The notes: a model not told the origin generated them from the sequence alone. A DNA stretch of 64,000 bases from an uncultured Candidatus Sumerlaeota bacterium (GCA_964473105.1 CAYYNQ010000048.1:97709-161708); one strand, 5' to 3'. Positions 1 to 10,296 are shown, numbered from the stretch's first letter. Made by a program: numbers and translations.

Positions 1-30
1 CGTTTCCTTACAACCCTGGTTGAACTTGGG

Positions 31-981
31 ATGCCGGTCAATTGCCAGGAAAATGTGCGCATGTCATTGATGTCCCACTATGAGAAAATGATCCCATCGA
101 AACTCCTGATACCCCATGGTGATGGCCAAAACCAGACCAAGCCACCATGGTTGAAGGTAAAGCTTCCCTATTCAGCTTCGACCCGTCGTGTGCATGAGGT
201 CATCGAACGGCAACGCCTGAACACGGTCTGCGAGAGTGCCCATTGTCCGAACATGGGCGAATGCTGGGCCCATGGAACCGCGACATTTATGATCAATGGC
301 AATGTCTGTACACGCAGTTGCAGTTTCTGCGCAATCTATACGGGCCGACCGGAGAAATTGGACCCGGATGAATCCCGGAGAGTCTCTGAAGCAGCCATAC
401 ACATGAACCTGAAATATGTTGTTGTGACGGCGGTTAACCGGGACGAGTTGCCCGATGGTGGGGCAGCTCAGTTTGCGGCCACGATCCGTGAATTGAGGCA
501 CTCGATCCCATCGGTCCGCGTCGAGGTACTGATTCCAGACTTCAAGGGTAATGAGGCAGCCTTGGACACCGTGTTTTCCGAAGAACCGGATGTGTTAAAC
601 CATAACATGGAGACCGTCCCAAGGCTATACCAACGCGTCAGGCCCCAAGCCCGGTATCAAAGGTCTCTGGATGTCCTCAAACGGGCAAGTCGGGCTGGTC
701 TTATCACCAAGAGCGGCTTCATGGTCGGGCTGGGGGAAACAGACGAAGAGGTGCGAGCCCTGCTACGGGACCAGTTTGAATACGGTTGCAATATCGTGAC
801 AATCGGTCAATACCTCAAACCAACGCAAAGGCACCATCCCGTTGTCAGGTATGCCTCTCCAACTGAGTTTGATGCATGGAAAAATTACGGGCTTTCACTG
901 GGGCTCACAACCGTTGAATCGGGGCCACTGGTCCGAAGTTCATACCACGCCTTCGACTCGTTCAGAAGCTCGAAATCATAA
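31..981 (+). CDS. lipA: Lipoyl synthase (radical SAM enzyme)
   Basis: The protein has the two LipA cysteine clusters, CESAHCPNMGEC and CTRSCSFC, plus a KPPWLK N-terminal motif. An alternative ATG at 61 (MSLMSHYEK) is preceded by AGGAAA, so the start could be 31 or 61. The stop is TAA at 979-981. Confidence 0.9.
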   Translation: MPVNCQENVRMSLMSHYEKMIPSKLLIPHGDGQNQTKPPWLKVKLPYSASTRRVHEVIERQRLNTVCESAHCPNMGECWAHGTATFMINGNVCTRSCSFCAIYTGRPEKLDPDESRRVSEAAIHMNLKYVVVTAVNRDELPDGGAAQFAATIRELRHSIPSVRVEVLIPDFKGNEAALDTVFSEEPDVLNHNMETVPRLYQRVRPQARYQRSLDVLKRASRAGLITKSGFMVGLGETDEEVRALLRDQFEYGCNIVTIGQYLKPTQRHHPVVRYASPTEFDAWKNYGLSLGLTTVESGPLVRSSYHAFDSFRSSKS

Positions 982-1008
982 CCGGACATATAAATTCCGA
1001 GAAATATT

Positions 1009-1473
1009 TCACCTGTTGAATAGGTCAACACTGTCCAACCAGATGGTAACTGGGCCATCATTGAGTAGTGAGACCTCCATATTTGCTCCGAAAAGTCCGG
1101 TCTTGACCACAACTCCGGCATCCCCCAGCAGGTCCACAAAGCGATCGAAGAGTGCTTGGGCATCCTTGAGCGGGATGGCATTCGCAAAACCGGGACGACG
1201 TCCCCTGCGACAATCCGCATGAAGTGTGAACTGGGATACGGCAAGAATAGCCCCCCCCGTATCCAATAAAGACCGGTTCATACGATCCTTCGAATCATTC
1301 ATGATTCTCAGGTTCAGAATCTTCTGGATCATGGGCTCAATAACCATATTCGGCTTACCAAAGTCCTCACAGCCAAAACCTACCAGTAATAGATAACCCG
1401 GTCCAATACTGCCGGTCTCTTGGCCGGCCACCGTGACCCGTGCCCATTTAACACGCTGGATCAGCACCCTCAT
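1009..1473 (-). CDS. dtd: D-aminoacyl-tRNA deacylase
   Basis: The 154-aa product has the canonical Dtd N-terminus MRVLIQRV...GQETGSIGPGYLLLVGFG and a C-terminal SQFTL...G motif. Size is typical for the family. Confidence 0.85.
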   Translation of the reverse strand: MRVLIQRVKWARVTVAGQETGSIGPGYLLLVGFGCEDFGKPNMVIEPMIQKILNLRIMNDSKDRMNRSLLDTGGAILAVSQFTLHADCRRGRRPGFANAIPLKDAQALFDRFVDLLGDAGVVVKTGLFGANMEVSLLNDGPVTIWLDSVDLFNR

Positions 1474-1726
1474 TTAACCCCCCTGACCATTGCAGAGACA
1501 TCCGAGCAAGCACTTCAACAACTGAGTTGCCCGCCAGTGGCCCCATCTTACCCGAAATTCAGAATGGAGTCGAACACACCGCATGGTATCTGCCTTGATT
1601 TGAATCTAGGGGGAACTGGATTTATACATTCAGTCGCGTGCGATATAAACCGATAAGTTCTCCAGCACACCTCCATCAATCCTGGATACCTGCAGGCTAC
1701 AGGACCAACAAGTTATTGAAAATCAA

Positions 1727-2392
1727 TTGGATATGACCAAATTCCAGGATCTCATGCCCAATCCAGCAGAAAGCCGGAAATCGTCGGGACTCGAGGGAAA
1801 TCTACGTTCCGTAAAGCTGGCTAATATTCTGAAATTTCTATCAATGGGAAGAATGACGGGCCACCTGATACTCAGCAGTCCTGACTTCCGAAATGTAAGT
1901 CTGACCTTCCGAGAAGGATGCCTGACAGGAACGATGTCACCCGATCGCCCAATGAAACCTGGGCAAATCCTGATCCATAGCGGAGATCTAGAACGAAGTG
2001 ACCTGAAAAACATATTGCTTGTCCAGAGGGAGTGTAAAGATAGCTAGAAATTGGGAGCCCTGCTGCTCAATCACGAGCTTGCATCCCGGGAACAGATCAT
2101 CACGGCCCTGAATCTGCAGGTTAAAGAGGAACTGTGCGAACTGTCCAGTTGGAATGGCGGGGACTTCAAGTTTGAACAAGCCACAGATACTGATAAGGTG
2201 GGTATAGCTATCTCAATCAATATCGATGATTTGGTTGATCAGAGGATTCTAGACCATGAGAAGTGGGAGTCCATGGCCGACGATCCGAAACCCCATCCGC
2301 AAGATTCAACGCACGGTCATGATATTCAACGCTATCCTAAGCGGACTGTTCTCCGGCGCATTTGGCTATCTGGCCTAGCTGTTGTTTTTTAG
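1727..2392 (+). pseudogene. DUF4388-domain protein interrupted by one in-frame TAG at 2045-2047
   Basis: ORFs 1727-2047 and 2051-2392 are in the same frame with only a TAG between them (...KDS*KLGALLLNHEL...). Read together they give the DUF4388 pattern GNL..V.L..IL.FL...R.TG.L......G.I.F..G.I followed by two LGE/ILL-like helical repeats. TAG is a real stop elsewhere in the window (pal ends RRMY-TAG). Confidence 0.5.
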
Positions 2393-2510
2393 CCCCGGAA
2401 AATAAGCCGCCGTCCACCAAGCCAGTTTCTCTTAAAGCCCCGGATTTAAACCCATCTACCATACGGGCCAAACATAACTTGATATTTAACCCCGGAATAT
2501 TCATCAATGA

Positions 2511-3458
2511 ATGTATGGTTACCGAGTTTACAAGCTGCTCCGGATGGATCGATTTCCTATGACCTCTGCCCTAACCCGGATCCAACTAGATTCCTTGGAG
2601 CATGTTAGCTCCGGAAAGGTGCGGGAGATCTACGGCTGCGACCAAGATGTGCTATTGGTCGCCTCGGACAGGATCAGCGCCTTCGATGTTGTATTCGACC
2701 AGGGAATCCCCCATAAGGGGCGTGTCCTGACGCAGCTGGCCGCATTTTGGTTTGAGAAGACATTAGATATTGCTGCCAACCACATGGTCACAATCGATTT
2801 CGACATGATGCCCCCTGAGGTTAGGATCTGTCCCGAACTCGAGGGACGTACCACCCTTTGTCGAAAGGCCGAGGTATTGCCCGTCGAATGTGTCGTTCGA
2901 GGATATCTGGAAGGCTCGGCCTGGAAGGAATATCAGAAAAACGGGTCGGTTTGCGGGGTTCGTCTGCCCGAAGGACTACAACGCTACTCCAAACTGCCCG
3001 AGCCAATCTTCACCCCTGCCACCAAGGCTGAACAGGGTGAACATGACCAAAATATAGACTTTCGACGGTGTACTCAGATTATCGGCGCTCGCCGTGCCAC
3101 CCAGGTTCGAGACTTGAGTCTGCAGCTTTATCAGGCTGCCTGCCGTTATCTCGAAACCAGGGACATCATCATTGCGGACACCAAATTCGAGTTCGGGTTG
3201 GCTGATGGAGAACTTATTATTATTGATGAGATGCTGACACCGGATTCCTCCCGGTTCTGGATCGGAGGGTCATTTGAATCGTCGGGCGAACCGGTTAGTT
3301 TCGATAAGCAGTATGTCCGGAACTATCTCGAAACCCTGGACTGGAACAAGTCACCGCCCGCACCCATTTTACCGGAGGAAGTCATTTTCCAAACATCCCA
3401 ACGTTATCTTGACATATACCGGAAAATAACCGGCCATTTGCCTGGGTGGATTTCCTGA
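2511..3458 (+). CDS. purC: Phosphoribosylaminoimidazole-succinocarboxamide synthase (SAICAR synthetase), long form
   Basis: Contains GKVREIY, VASDRISAFDVV and IIADTKFEFG motifs and is ~300 aa like the eukaryote-type long PurC. The start is ambiguous: ATG at 2511, 2544 or 2559. Confidence 0.85.
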   Translation: MYGYRVYKLLRMDRFPMTSALTRIQLDSLEHVSSGKVREIYGCDQDVLLVASDRISAFDVVFDQGIPHKGRVLTQLAAFWFEKTLDIAANHMVTIDFDMMPPEVRICPELEGRTTLCRKAEVLPVECVVRGYLEGSAWKEYQKNGSVCGVRLPEGLQRYSKLPEPIFTPATKAEQGEHDQNIDFRRCTQIIGARRATQVRDLSLQLYQAACRYLETRDIIIADTKFEFGLADGELIIIDEMLTPDSSRFWIGGSFESSGEPVSFDKQYVRNYLETLDWNKSPPAPILPEEVIFQTSQRYLDIYRKITGHLPGWIS

Positions 3459-3727
3459 AATCTGGGCCGGTCACCCATTCCAACTGAAGGCAGACATAAA
3501 ACCAAAAACCCTTGCATGAAAATCGACCTGTCTAACAGTCGAAACGATAAGTTGACCGCCATGAAATCCCTACAGATCCAATGTACTCAGTTCATCCCGC
3601 TGATCAGGAAAATCCTTGAGAACCCGGCGATCACCGAACCAGACGTCCGCCAGGACTCTCTTTCTCTTTACCTTTAATGCCATTCATGGCCAAATGGACG
3701 TTACTTTAACCTTTGGTAAGAGCCTGC

Positions 3728-4300
3728 ATGATCTTGCTTATCGACAACTATGACTCCTTTACCTACAACCTAGCACAGTATCTGGGTGAACTGGGGGCAA
3801 AACTTGAGGTAAGAAGAAACGACGATTTATCCGTTGAAGGTATTCGACAGCTCAACCCGGTCGCCATCGTTATTTCACCCGGCCCCTGCAGCCCAGATGA
3901 AGCCGGCGTGTCGGTTGATGCCGTCCGGCAGTTGGGCGATGCCATCCCGATCCTCGGAGTCTGCTTGGGCCACCAAAGCATCGGTCAGGCCTACGGAGCC
4001 AAGGTTGACCGTGCCCCGGAAATCATGCACGGCAAAACATCCAGAATCCATCATGACGGCATGGGCGTCTTCAAGAATATCGATAATCCCTTCACGGCAA
4101 CCCGGTATCACTCTCTCATTTTGAAGCGAGAAACCATCCCTCCCTGCCTGCATGTCACTGGCTGGACGGAGGGGCCCCACCAGCTGGTCATGGGTATCCG
4201 GCATCGTGACCACCCTGTTCATGGGGTCCAGTTTCACCCTGAATCAATTCTTACATCCGTCGGCAAGAAACTGCTGGCCAATTTCTTGGAAACCCTCTGA
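3728..4300 (+). CDS. pabA: Glutamine amidotransferase component of anthranilate/aminodeoxychorismate synthase (class I GATase)
   Basis: Begins MILLIDNYDSFTYNL and has the catalytic GVCLGHQ and HGVQFHPES motifs. The track ORF begins at TTG 3713, but the ATG at 3728 matches family N-termini. PabA versus TrpG cannot be decided from sequence; pabB-pabC elsewhere in the window favours PabA. Confidence 0.8.
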   Translation: MILLIDNYDSFTYNLAQYLGELGAKLEVRRNDDLSVEGIRQLNPVAIVISPGPCSPDEAGVSVDAVRQLGDAIPILGVCLGHQSIGQAYGAKVDRAPEIMHGKTSRIHHDGMGVFKNIDNPFTATRYHSLILKRETIPPCLHVTGWTEGPHQLVMGIRHRDHPVHGVQFHPESILTSVGKKLLANFLETL

Positions 4301-4315
4301 TTCAAGGGGGATCAA

Positions 4316-5209
4316 GTGGTGCTGCCCAGTCTAAGCCCCTACCAGATCCTCAAAAGCATGCGACCGAGGCAATGGCCCAAGAACCTGCTACTGCTGGCAG
4401 GCCTGTTTTTTGCCCGCAAGTTCAACGATCCACAGTCCATTTACGCCGCACTCAGCGGATTCATCATATTTTGCGGCCTATCCGGATCGATTTACCTTTT
4501 CAATGATGTCCTTGACAGGGACAAAGACCGAAACCACCCCCTCAAGAAATCACGCCCGGTTGCGTCAGGTGCCCTGTCACCTGGAATCGCGCTGGCCACC
4601 GCGGGGATCATAACAGGCGTATCCATGGCTTGGGGATTCCAGATAAGTCCCTGGTTTGGATGGTGTTCGACGGCCTATACCCTGATGATGCTCGCTTATT
4701 CATTGAAACTGAAGCACGTCTTCTTGGTTGATACACTGATCATCGCAATGGGCTTCCTGATCCGAGCCGTCTCCGGAGTCATCGTTCTCAGGACACCATC
4801 CGCCCATGTTGAACTGACACCATGGTTCGTAATTTGTGTGTTGTTCCTGTCGCTATTGCTGGCATTCTGCAAACGACGTGCCGAAAGGGCATCTATCCTT
4901 GGTGAAGCCCTCAAAACACGGCCTGTTTTGGCCTACTACTCAATACAACTGCTCGATATGATGATTGGTGTCAGCGCATCAGGAGCTATCCTCTCCTACA
5001 CGCTATACGCGATGAGTTTCGCACGGCCATGGCTGGTGTTGTTAACCCTGATTTTCGTCCTTTTTGGAATCTTCAGGTATCTCCATCTTGTTTACGAAAG
5101 GGGACTGGGAGAAGCCCCGGAGATAATCCTGCTGACTGACCGCTCCATCCTACTATGCCTGCTGCTCTGGGGAATATCACTGATATTCATATATATGCCG
5201 GGGGGCTGA
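4316..5209 (+). CDS. UbiA-family prenyltransferase (decaprenyl-phosphate phosphoribosyltransferase-like)
   Basis: It has the NDxxDxxxD motif (NDVLDRDKDRNHP), an RPxxSG motif and about eight TM helices. The GTG start is preceded by GGGGGA. Confidence 0.8.
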   Translation: MVLPSLSPYQILKSMRPRQWPKNLLLLAGLFFARKFNDPQSIYAALSGFIIFCGLSGSIYLFNDVLDRDKDRNHPLKKSRPVASGALSPGIALATAGIITGVSMAWGFQISPWFGWCSTAYTLMMLAYSLKLKHVFLVDTLIIAMGFLIRAVSGVIVLRTPSAHVELTPWFVICVLFLSLLLAFCKRRAERASILGEALKTRPVLAYYSIQLLDMMIGVSASGAILSYTLYAMSFARPWLVLLTLIFVLFGIFRYLHLVYERGLGEAPEIILLTDRSILLCLLLWGISLIFIYMPGG

Positions 5210-5573
5210 TGAAACCGGCCCGATTTTGACCGGCCAGACAGAGATGCCAGCCACCCCGACAGCGGTTAAAATTATTCCTTAAAAAAGACATGTATAAAGT
5301 AATTGAATGCCTCTGGAATCATGCTATATATATGGTCTTGGAATCGTCTGGAATTGTTCTGCAGGGACATACTAGGAAAGGGCCACTGGCTGTCCTTTCA
5401 GATCCCCCCCCCCGAAGGGCAAGTCGGGTCGAAGGTGATTTTATCTTGTAAAATTTGGTTCAATACCATCATACAAGGTAGCCCGTGTGTCACCGACCAG
5501 AAGTCTTCACCTGCGCTGGATTACGAATTCAAGCTCAATAGTAGCAAGTGCAATATTCCCAATACGTGCCCAT

Positions 5574-5596
5574 AACCCGGGTGGGTTTTTCGTTTT
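5574..5596 (+). terminator. Possible intrinsic terminator hairpin (AACCC-GGGT-GGGTT) followed by a T-run
   Basis: The sequence aacccgggtgggtttttcgtttt lies right after the stop of a dubious 90-aa ORF (5303-5575), ~360 nt downstream of the UbiA gene. The stem is short, so this is low confidence. Confidence 0.3.
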
Positions 5597-5699
5597 CTGT
5601 CCCGGCGTATTATTCCTTCATGTTATTCCGGCCACTAAATATCGTATCACCCGACTCGTTCCGATTTGACCCGGAAAAGCCCGAATCCAAAGGTTGACC

Positions 5700-7529
5700 A
5701 TGTCTTGCGGCTCCACCGGCACCTCGACCGTAATGAACAGTCAAGAATGCAATGTCTCCGTTAACGATGTCGTACTATCGATCGCGACAGCAAACGGTAC
5801 CGGAAGCCAGTCAGCAAACCTGATCCTGACCCGTTCCATTTTCCAAATGGGTGTCCCGGTCAGCGCAAAGAATCTCTTCCCCTCAAACATTCAAGGGCTT
5901 CCGACCTGGTTCTCCATCCGTGCCAACCGCAATGGCTACACCGCCCGCCGCCCGGATGTCGATATTATGGTCTGCATGAACTCGCGCTCGGTCGAGGAGG
6001 ACCTGAGAGGATTAAATCCCGGAGCGGTCGTCCTGATTCGGGACGACCTGATGGGACACGTAGCCCGGGACGACCTAAAGGTCATCCCCGCACCCTTCAG
6101 TTCGATGGTCAAGGAAGTCTGCCCGCTGGCCAAGATTCGAAAACTTGTCATGAACATGCTGTATGTCGGCGTGCTTGCATATTTTCTCAAACTCGACCTC
6201 GATGAAGTCAACCGGGCGATCGATAGGCAGTTTTCCGGAAAGAAGAGTGCCGCCGACCTGAACCGTTCTGCAATGAAAGCCGCGTGGAAGTGGGCCAACG
6301 AAAACGTGGACCTGCAATGTCCCCACCGCATTGAAAGGATGGACGGGACCGACGACAAAATCCTAATCGAAGGGAACCAAGCCGCCGCGCTCGGGGCTGT
6401 CTGGGGAGGCATGACTCTGATGGCTTGGTATCCGATCACACCCAGCAGTTCGCTTGCGGAGGCAGCCATCGATTACCTTAAGACCTATCGACATGACCCG
6501 AAAACGGGCAAAGCAACATATGCGGTCGTTCAGGCCGAGGATGAACTGGCTGCATTCAGCATGGTGGTGGGGGGAGGCTGGGCTGGGGCTCGTTCTATGA
6601 CCACTACAGCAGGGCCCGGGATATCACTTATGGCTGAACTTGCTGGACTTTCATATTTTGCGGAAATTCCGACCGTCATTGTTGATGTCCAGAGAATGGG
6701 CCCGTCAACCGGGCTTCCGACCCGGACCTGCCAAGGTGACATCCTGAAGGCTTATTATCTTTCCCACGGGGACTGCCGCCATATCTGCCTGATTCCCGGA
6801 AACGCCCGCGAATGTTTCGAGATGATGGCAGAGTCATTTAATCTGGCGGAGAGATTCCAGACTCTGGTCTTCATGCTCAGCGACCTAGACCTTGGCATGA
6901 ACCTCTGGATGAGCCCGCGCTTCGATCCAGTCAAAAAACCGATCGATCGCGGCAAGGTCCTAAGCGCAAGTGACCTTGAAAAGCTGGATGTTTTCAATCG
7001 GTATGAGGATATTGACGGTGATGGAATTCCCTATCGGACACTACCCGGCACACCACATCCATCGGCCGCCTATTTCACCCGTGGCACAGGCCATTCCACG
7101 GCTGCGATGTATTCGGAAAACCCAGAGGATTGGAAGGCGAACATGGACCGGCTCAATTGCAAGTTTGAAACGGCACGCAAAGAGCTTCCGGAGCCAATCT
7201 GTTTGACGCATGAAAACCCGCACATCGGAATCATCGCCTATGGATCATCCGACCCGGCGGTCATCGAGGCCCTGGATGTCCTGAATCAGCAATATGATAT
7301 TACCGCGGATTACATGCGGGTTCGGGCATTACCCGTCCACCAGCATGTTTATGAATTCATCAGGAAACATGAGCGAGTTTTTCTCGTTGAACAAAATCGC
7401 GATTCGCAGTTGCATAGTATCATGTCCAGCGAGGAACCGAATCTCATGACAGACGTGTGTGCTATCCTACATTACGATGGCATGTCGATTGACGCCGCCA
7501 CCATTGTCCGCCAGATTCTAGAAAGCTGA
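5700..7529 (+). CDS. korA: 2-oxoglutarate (2-oxoacid):ferredoxin oxidoreductase, alpha subunit with N-terminal gamma domain
   Basis: An N-terminal gamma-like domain (IATANGTGSQSANLIL) is followed by a pyruvate/2-oxoacid oxidoreductase alpha domain (GNQAAALGAVWGG..., TTAGPGISLM). The ATG at 5700 has an AAAGG RBS; the track ORF begins at TTG 5694. Confidence 0.85.
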   Translation: MSCGSTGTSTVMNSQECNVSVNDVVLSIATANGTGSQSANLILTRSIFQMGVPVSAKNLFPSNIQGLPTWFSIRANRNGYTARRPDVDIMVCMNSRSVEEDLRGLNPGAVVLIRDDLMGHVARDDLKVIPAPFSSMVKEVCPLAKIRKLVMNMLYVGVLAYFLKLDLDEVNRAIDRQFSGKKSAADLNRSAMKAAWKWANENVDLQCPHRIERMDGTDDKILIEGNQAAALGAVWGGMTLMAWYPITPSSSLAEAAIDYLKTYRHDPKTGKATYAVVQAEDELAAFSMVVGGGWAGARSMTTTAGPGISLMAELAGLSYFAEIPTVIVDVQRMGPSTGLPTRTCQGDILKAYYLSHGDCRHICLIPGNARECFEMMAESFNLAERFQTLVFMLSDLDLGMNLWMSPRFDPVKKPIDRGKVLSASDLEKLDVFNRYEDIDGDGIPYRTLPGTPHPSAAYFTRGTGHSTAAMYSENPEDWKANMDRLNCKFETARKELPEPICLTHENPHIGIIAYGSSDPAVIEALDVLNQQYDITADYMRVRALPVHQHVYEFIRKHERVFLVEQNRDSQLHSIMSSEEPNLMTDVCAILHYDGMSIDAATIVRQILES

Positions 7530-7560
7530 CTCGATCACAAACCGCCGGGAATTGATTCGA

Positions 7561-8607
7561 ATGACAAACCCCTCCACCACTAAAGCCGCACCCAAGCTCA
7601 ACCGTCTTGGCCGATCTAAGGCCGATTACAAGGGTAGACCCTCTACACTTTGTAAAGGCTGCGGTCATGATTCGATCACGAGCCAGCTAATCCAGGCCTT
7701 CTGGGAGGCGGATATTGACCCTTGGCAGGTCGCCAAAATGAGCGGAATCGGTTGCTCCAGTAAAACAACCGCCTATTTCCTCGATGAATCACATGGATTC
7801 AACAGTGTTCACGGACGGATGGCACCAATATCCACAGGAGCTTACCTCGCCAACCATAATTTGGTCTATATCGGCGTGAGCGGAGACGGCGACAGCGCAT
7901 CGATAGGGCTGGGAAATTTCCTGCACATGGTACGACGGCATGTCCCGATGATCTATATCATCGAGAACAACGGTGTTTACGGCCTCACCAAAGGCCAGTT
8001 CTCTGCAACCGCTGACAAGGGATCACTCAGCAAGGGAGGCGTCATCAATCAAAGTGAACCCATTGATTGCTGTGCTCTGGCTATCCAAATGGGATGCGAA
8101 TACGTCGCCCGTACGTTTTCAGGAGACTTCAAACAACTTGGCCCACTGATCAAGGGAGCCCTCAGCCATACCGGAACCGCGTTGATCGATATCGTCTCAC
8201 CCTGTATTACATTCAATAACCATGAAGGCTCGACAAAAAGCCTGGCTTATGCCAAGTCCCATGAGGAGCAACTGCATGAGATCGGGTTCGTCCCCCAACA
8301 TGAACCCATCACCGCAGATTATGATGCAGGTGAGATCATCAAGATCGACCTGCCCGACGGGTCATCAATTCTATTGAAAAAACTGGACAGGAACCACAAT
8401 CCCGCAAACAAGCTTAAGGCCCTAAACCTACTGATGGAAGCGTCTGAAAGCCAGTTATTCCTAACCGGCCTGATTTATTGTCGATCCGATACAAATCCCA
8501 TCGAGGACCAGTTAAATCTGGTCGATGAATCCTTGGCTACGCTACCTGAATCCATGCTCCGTCCCCCACCTGAAAAGCTGAGGGAGGTCATGGATTCCCT
8601 GTCCTGA
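7561..8607 (+). CDS. korB: 2-oxoglutarate (2-oxoacid):ferredoxin oxidoreductase, beta subunit (TPP-binding)
   Basis: Has the CxGCGH motif (LCKGCGHDSI) and a TPP-binding GDG...N segment (GVSGDGDSASIG...ENNGVYGLT). It lies 22-30 nt downstream of korA. Confidence 0.85.
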   Translation: MTNPSTTKAAPKLNRLGRSKADYKGRPSTLCKGCGHDSITSQLIQAFWEADIDPWQVAKMSGIGCSSKTTAYFLDESHGFNSVHGRMAPISTGAYLANHNLVYIGVSGDGDSASIGLGNFLHMVRRHVPMIYIIENNGVYGLTKGQFSATADKGSLSKGGVINQSEPIDCCALAIQMGCEYVARTFSGDFKQLGPLIKGALSHTGTALIDIVSPCITFNNHEGSTKSLAYAKSHEEQLHEIGFVPQHEPITADYDAGEIIKIDLPDGSSILLKKLDRNHNPANKLKALNLLMEASESQLFLTGLIYCRSDTNPIEDQLNLVDESLATLPESMLRPPPEKLREVMDSLS

Positions 8608-8760
8608 ACGACCTCTGATGAATCCCGCGGAGACCTAATTAGTTCCCCTTATCAATCGGGCAGAGAGAGCCTTCAGAGGATCTGAACCGTCTTAGCATTT
8701 AAACCCGTTACACAGCATACCAAGTAAGGGGCTGCCTTTTACTGAAGTCTGTAGAAGGGA

Positions 8761-10014
8761 TCAGACATTTTCCAGATCCGGCTGGATCTTTAGCACACCG
8801 AACCCATGACGGATCAACCTCCAACGGATAAATATCGCGCCAATCGTCGCACAACCCATGATGAAGGCCGCAATCCAAAAGGGCCAGTTGGGCCCCAAAA
8901 GATCGTAAAATATCCCGCCACCGAGAATCGGGCCCAACAACCGCGCCAGGGCGGAACCGGACTGGCTGGTTCCCAGCACGTTTCCCTGTTCATGCTCACC
9001 CGCACATCTCGATATCAGTGACATCAGACAGGGCGACGCCATCCCGTGCCCGACCGAAAGCACTGCAAGCGGCAGGTAAATCCACCCCGGATGGGCACAA
9101 GCCGGTAATATGGCCAAGCCTAGGCAAAGTACGGCCGAACCGACAATCATCCAGATTTGCTCCGGAATGAACTTCACCGCCTTGCGGACGACATAGCCTC
9201 CCACAAACGCAATCACCAGCCCGATAAAAATCATAAGCTTATAAATACCTGTGTTGCTGTGTCCCATCACCTGTTGCGCAAAAATTGAGAACACGCTCTC
9301 CATCATTGCAAAGGCAAACGTAATCACGAAGAAAAGCAGGATCAGCGGCCCGATCGCCGGGTGACGTAATATTTCAAGCATCTCCGATAGCGAAGCAAAC
9401 CGGCGAGTCTGTATCCGTCCCAACTTCTCCCTCGGCAATGATTCCGGCAAACGAAAATAAGCCGCAAGCAGGTTTAGTCCACAGATCACAGTCCCTAGAA
9501 TCCCAGGGCCGACATGGGCATAGTCTGCAGGCCTGGCTGATTCCCAAGCCCCAGACGACAACGCTCCCAACACCGGGCCAAGGGCGAAACCCAAACCAAA
9601 GGCCATGCCAATCAGCCCCATTCCCGCTGCGCGGTCCTTTTCCGGAGTGACGTCGGCAATATAAGCCTGAGCTGCGGTGATATTACCCCCACAAATCCCC
9701 GCTAGAACACGAGAAAACAACAGGAGCGGGAAACTTGTTGAGATCGTAAGGAGTAAATAGGAGAGCGTTGATCCTGCAAGGCTGAGTAGAATGATCGGCC
9801 GTCGACCACGTCGATCGGACAACCGACCCCAAAACGGCGCAAACAGCATCTGCATCAGCGAGTAGGATCCCATCAACAGCGCCATTGCGATACCGGGATG
9901 CTCAGGCCAGAATACCGAACCGGTCGGACCCAGAATTGGGATGATAAGCCCGAAACCGATCAGGTCGATCAGCACGGTGAAAAAAACGATTTTTTTATCC
10001 GCTGTTCTATTCAT
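8761..10014 (-). CDS. MFS transporter (TetA/multidrug-efflux-like)
   Basis: 12-TM profile with MFS motif A (GRLSDRRGRRP). The ATG at 10014 is preferred over the GTG at 10020 that the ORF track uses. Confidence 0.8.
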   Translation of the reverse strand: MNRTADKKIVFFTVLIDLIGFGLIIPILGPTGSVFWPEHPGIAMALLMGSYSLMQMLFAPFWGRLSDRRGRRPIILLSLAGSTLSYLLLTISTSFPLLLFSRVLAGICGGNITAAQAYIADVTPEKDRAAGMGLIGMAFGLGFALGPVLGALSSGAWESARPADYAHVGPGILGTVICGLNLLAAYFRLPESLPREKLGRIQTRRFASLSEMLEILRHPAIGPLILLFFVITFAFAMMESVFSIFAQQVMGHSNTGIYKLMIFIGLVIAFVGGYVVRKAVKFIPEQIWMIVGSAVLCLGLAILPACAHPGWIYLPLAVLSVGHGMASPCLMSLISRCAGEHEQGNVLGTSQSGSALARLLGPILGGGIFYDLLGPNWPFWIAAFIMGCATIGAIFIRWRLIRHGFGVLKIQPDLENV

Positions 10015-10296
10015 TGCCACTCACATTCCGTGATCGTAATCGCAATCGTCAGCGTAATCGAGGCCGAAATTACAGCCGGCCGAGATAAAAGCCCTCAGGG
10101 TTCAATTTTAAGCAAAGATCCCTCCAGATTCCCAATTTCCCATGAATGTAATAAGCCTATCCGCTGGATCCATTGTCTTGATGATGGGTGTCAAACCCGA
10201 TGACTCGCGGTTATCGATATATACCCCTCTCATCCATATTTTTAGGCCTTAACGATGACCTTATATGAAATCAAGCTATAGAAATCTTTGCCTAGA

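Noticed and set aside
172-501. 109-aa minus-strand ORF
   Set aside because: It is entirely antisense to lipA and is taken to be a spurious overlap ORF.
1727-2392. TAG reassignment (alternative genetic code) as the explanation for the in-frame TAG
   Set aside because: TAG is used as a genuine stop by the pal gene (…RRMY-TAG) in the same window. Genome-wide recoding is therefore unlikely.
5341-5360. TGGAAT-N4-TCTGCA upstream of korA as a second sigma-54 promoter
   Set aside because: The GG to GC spacing is one nucleotide short of the strict -24/-12 geometry.
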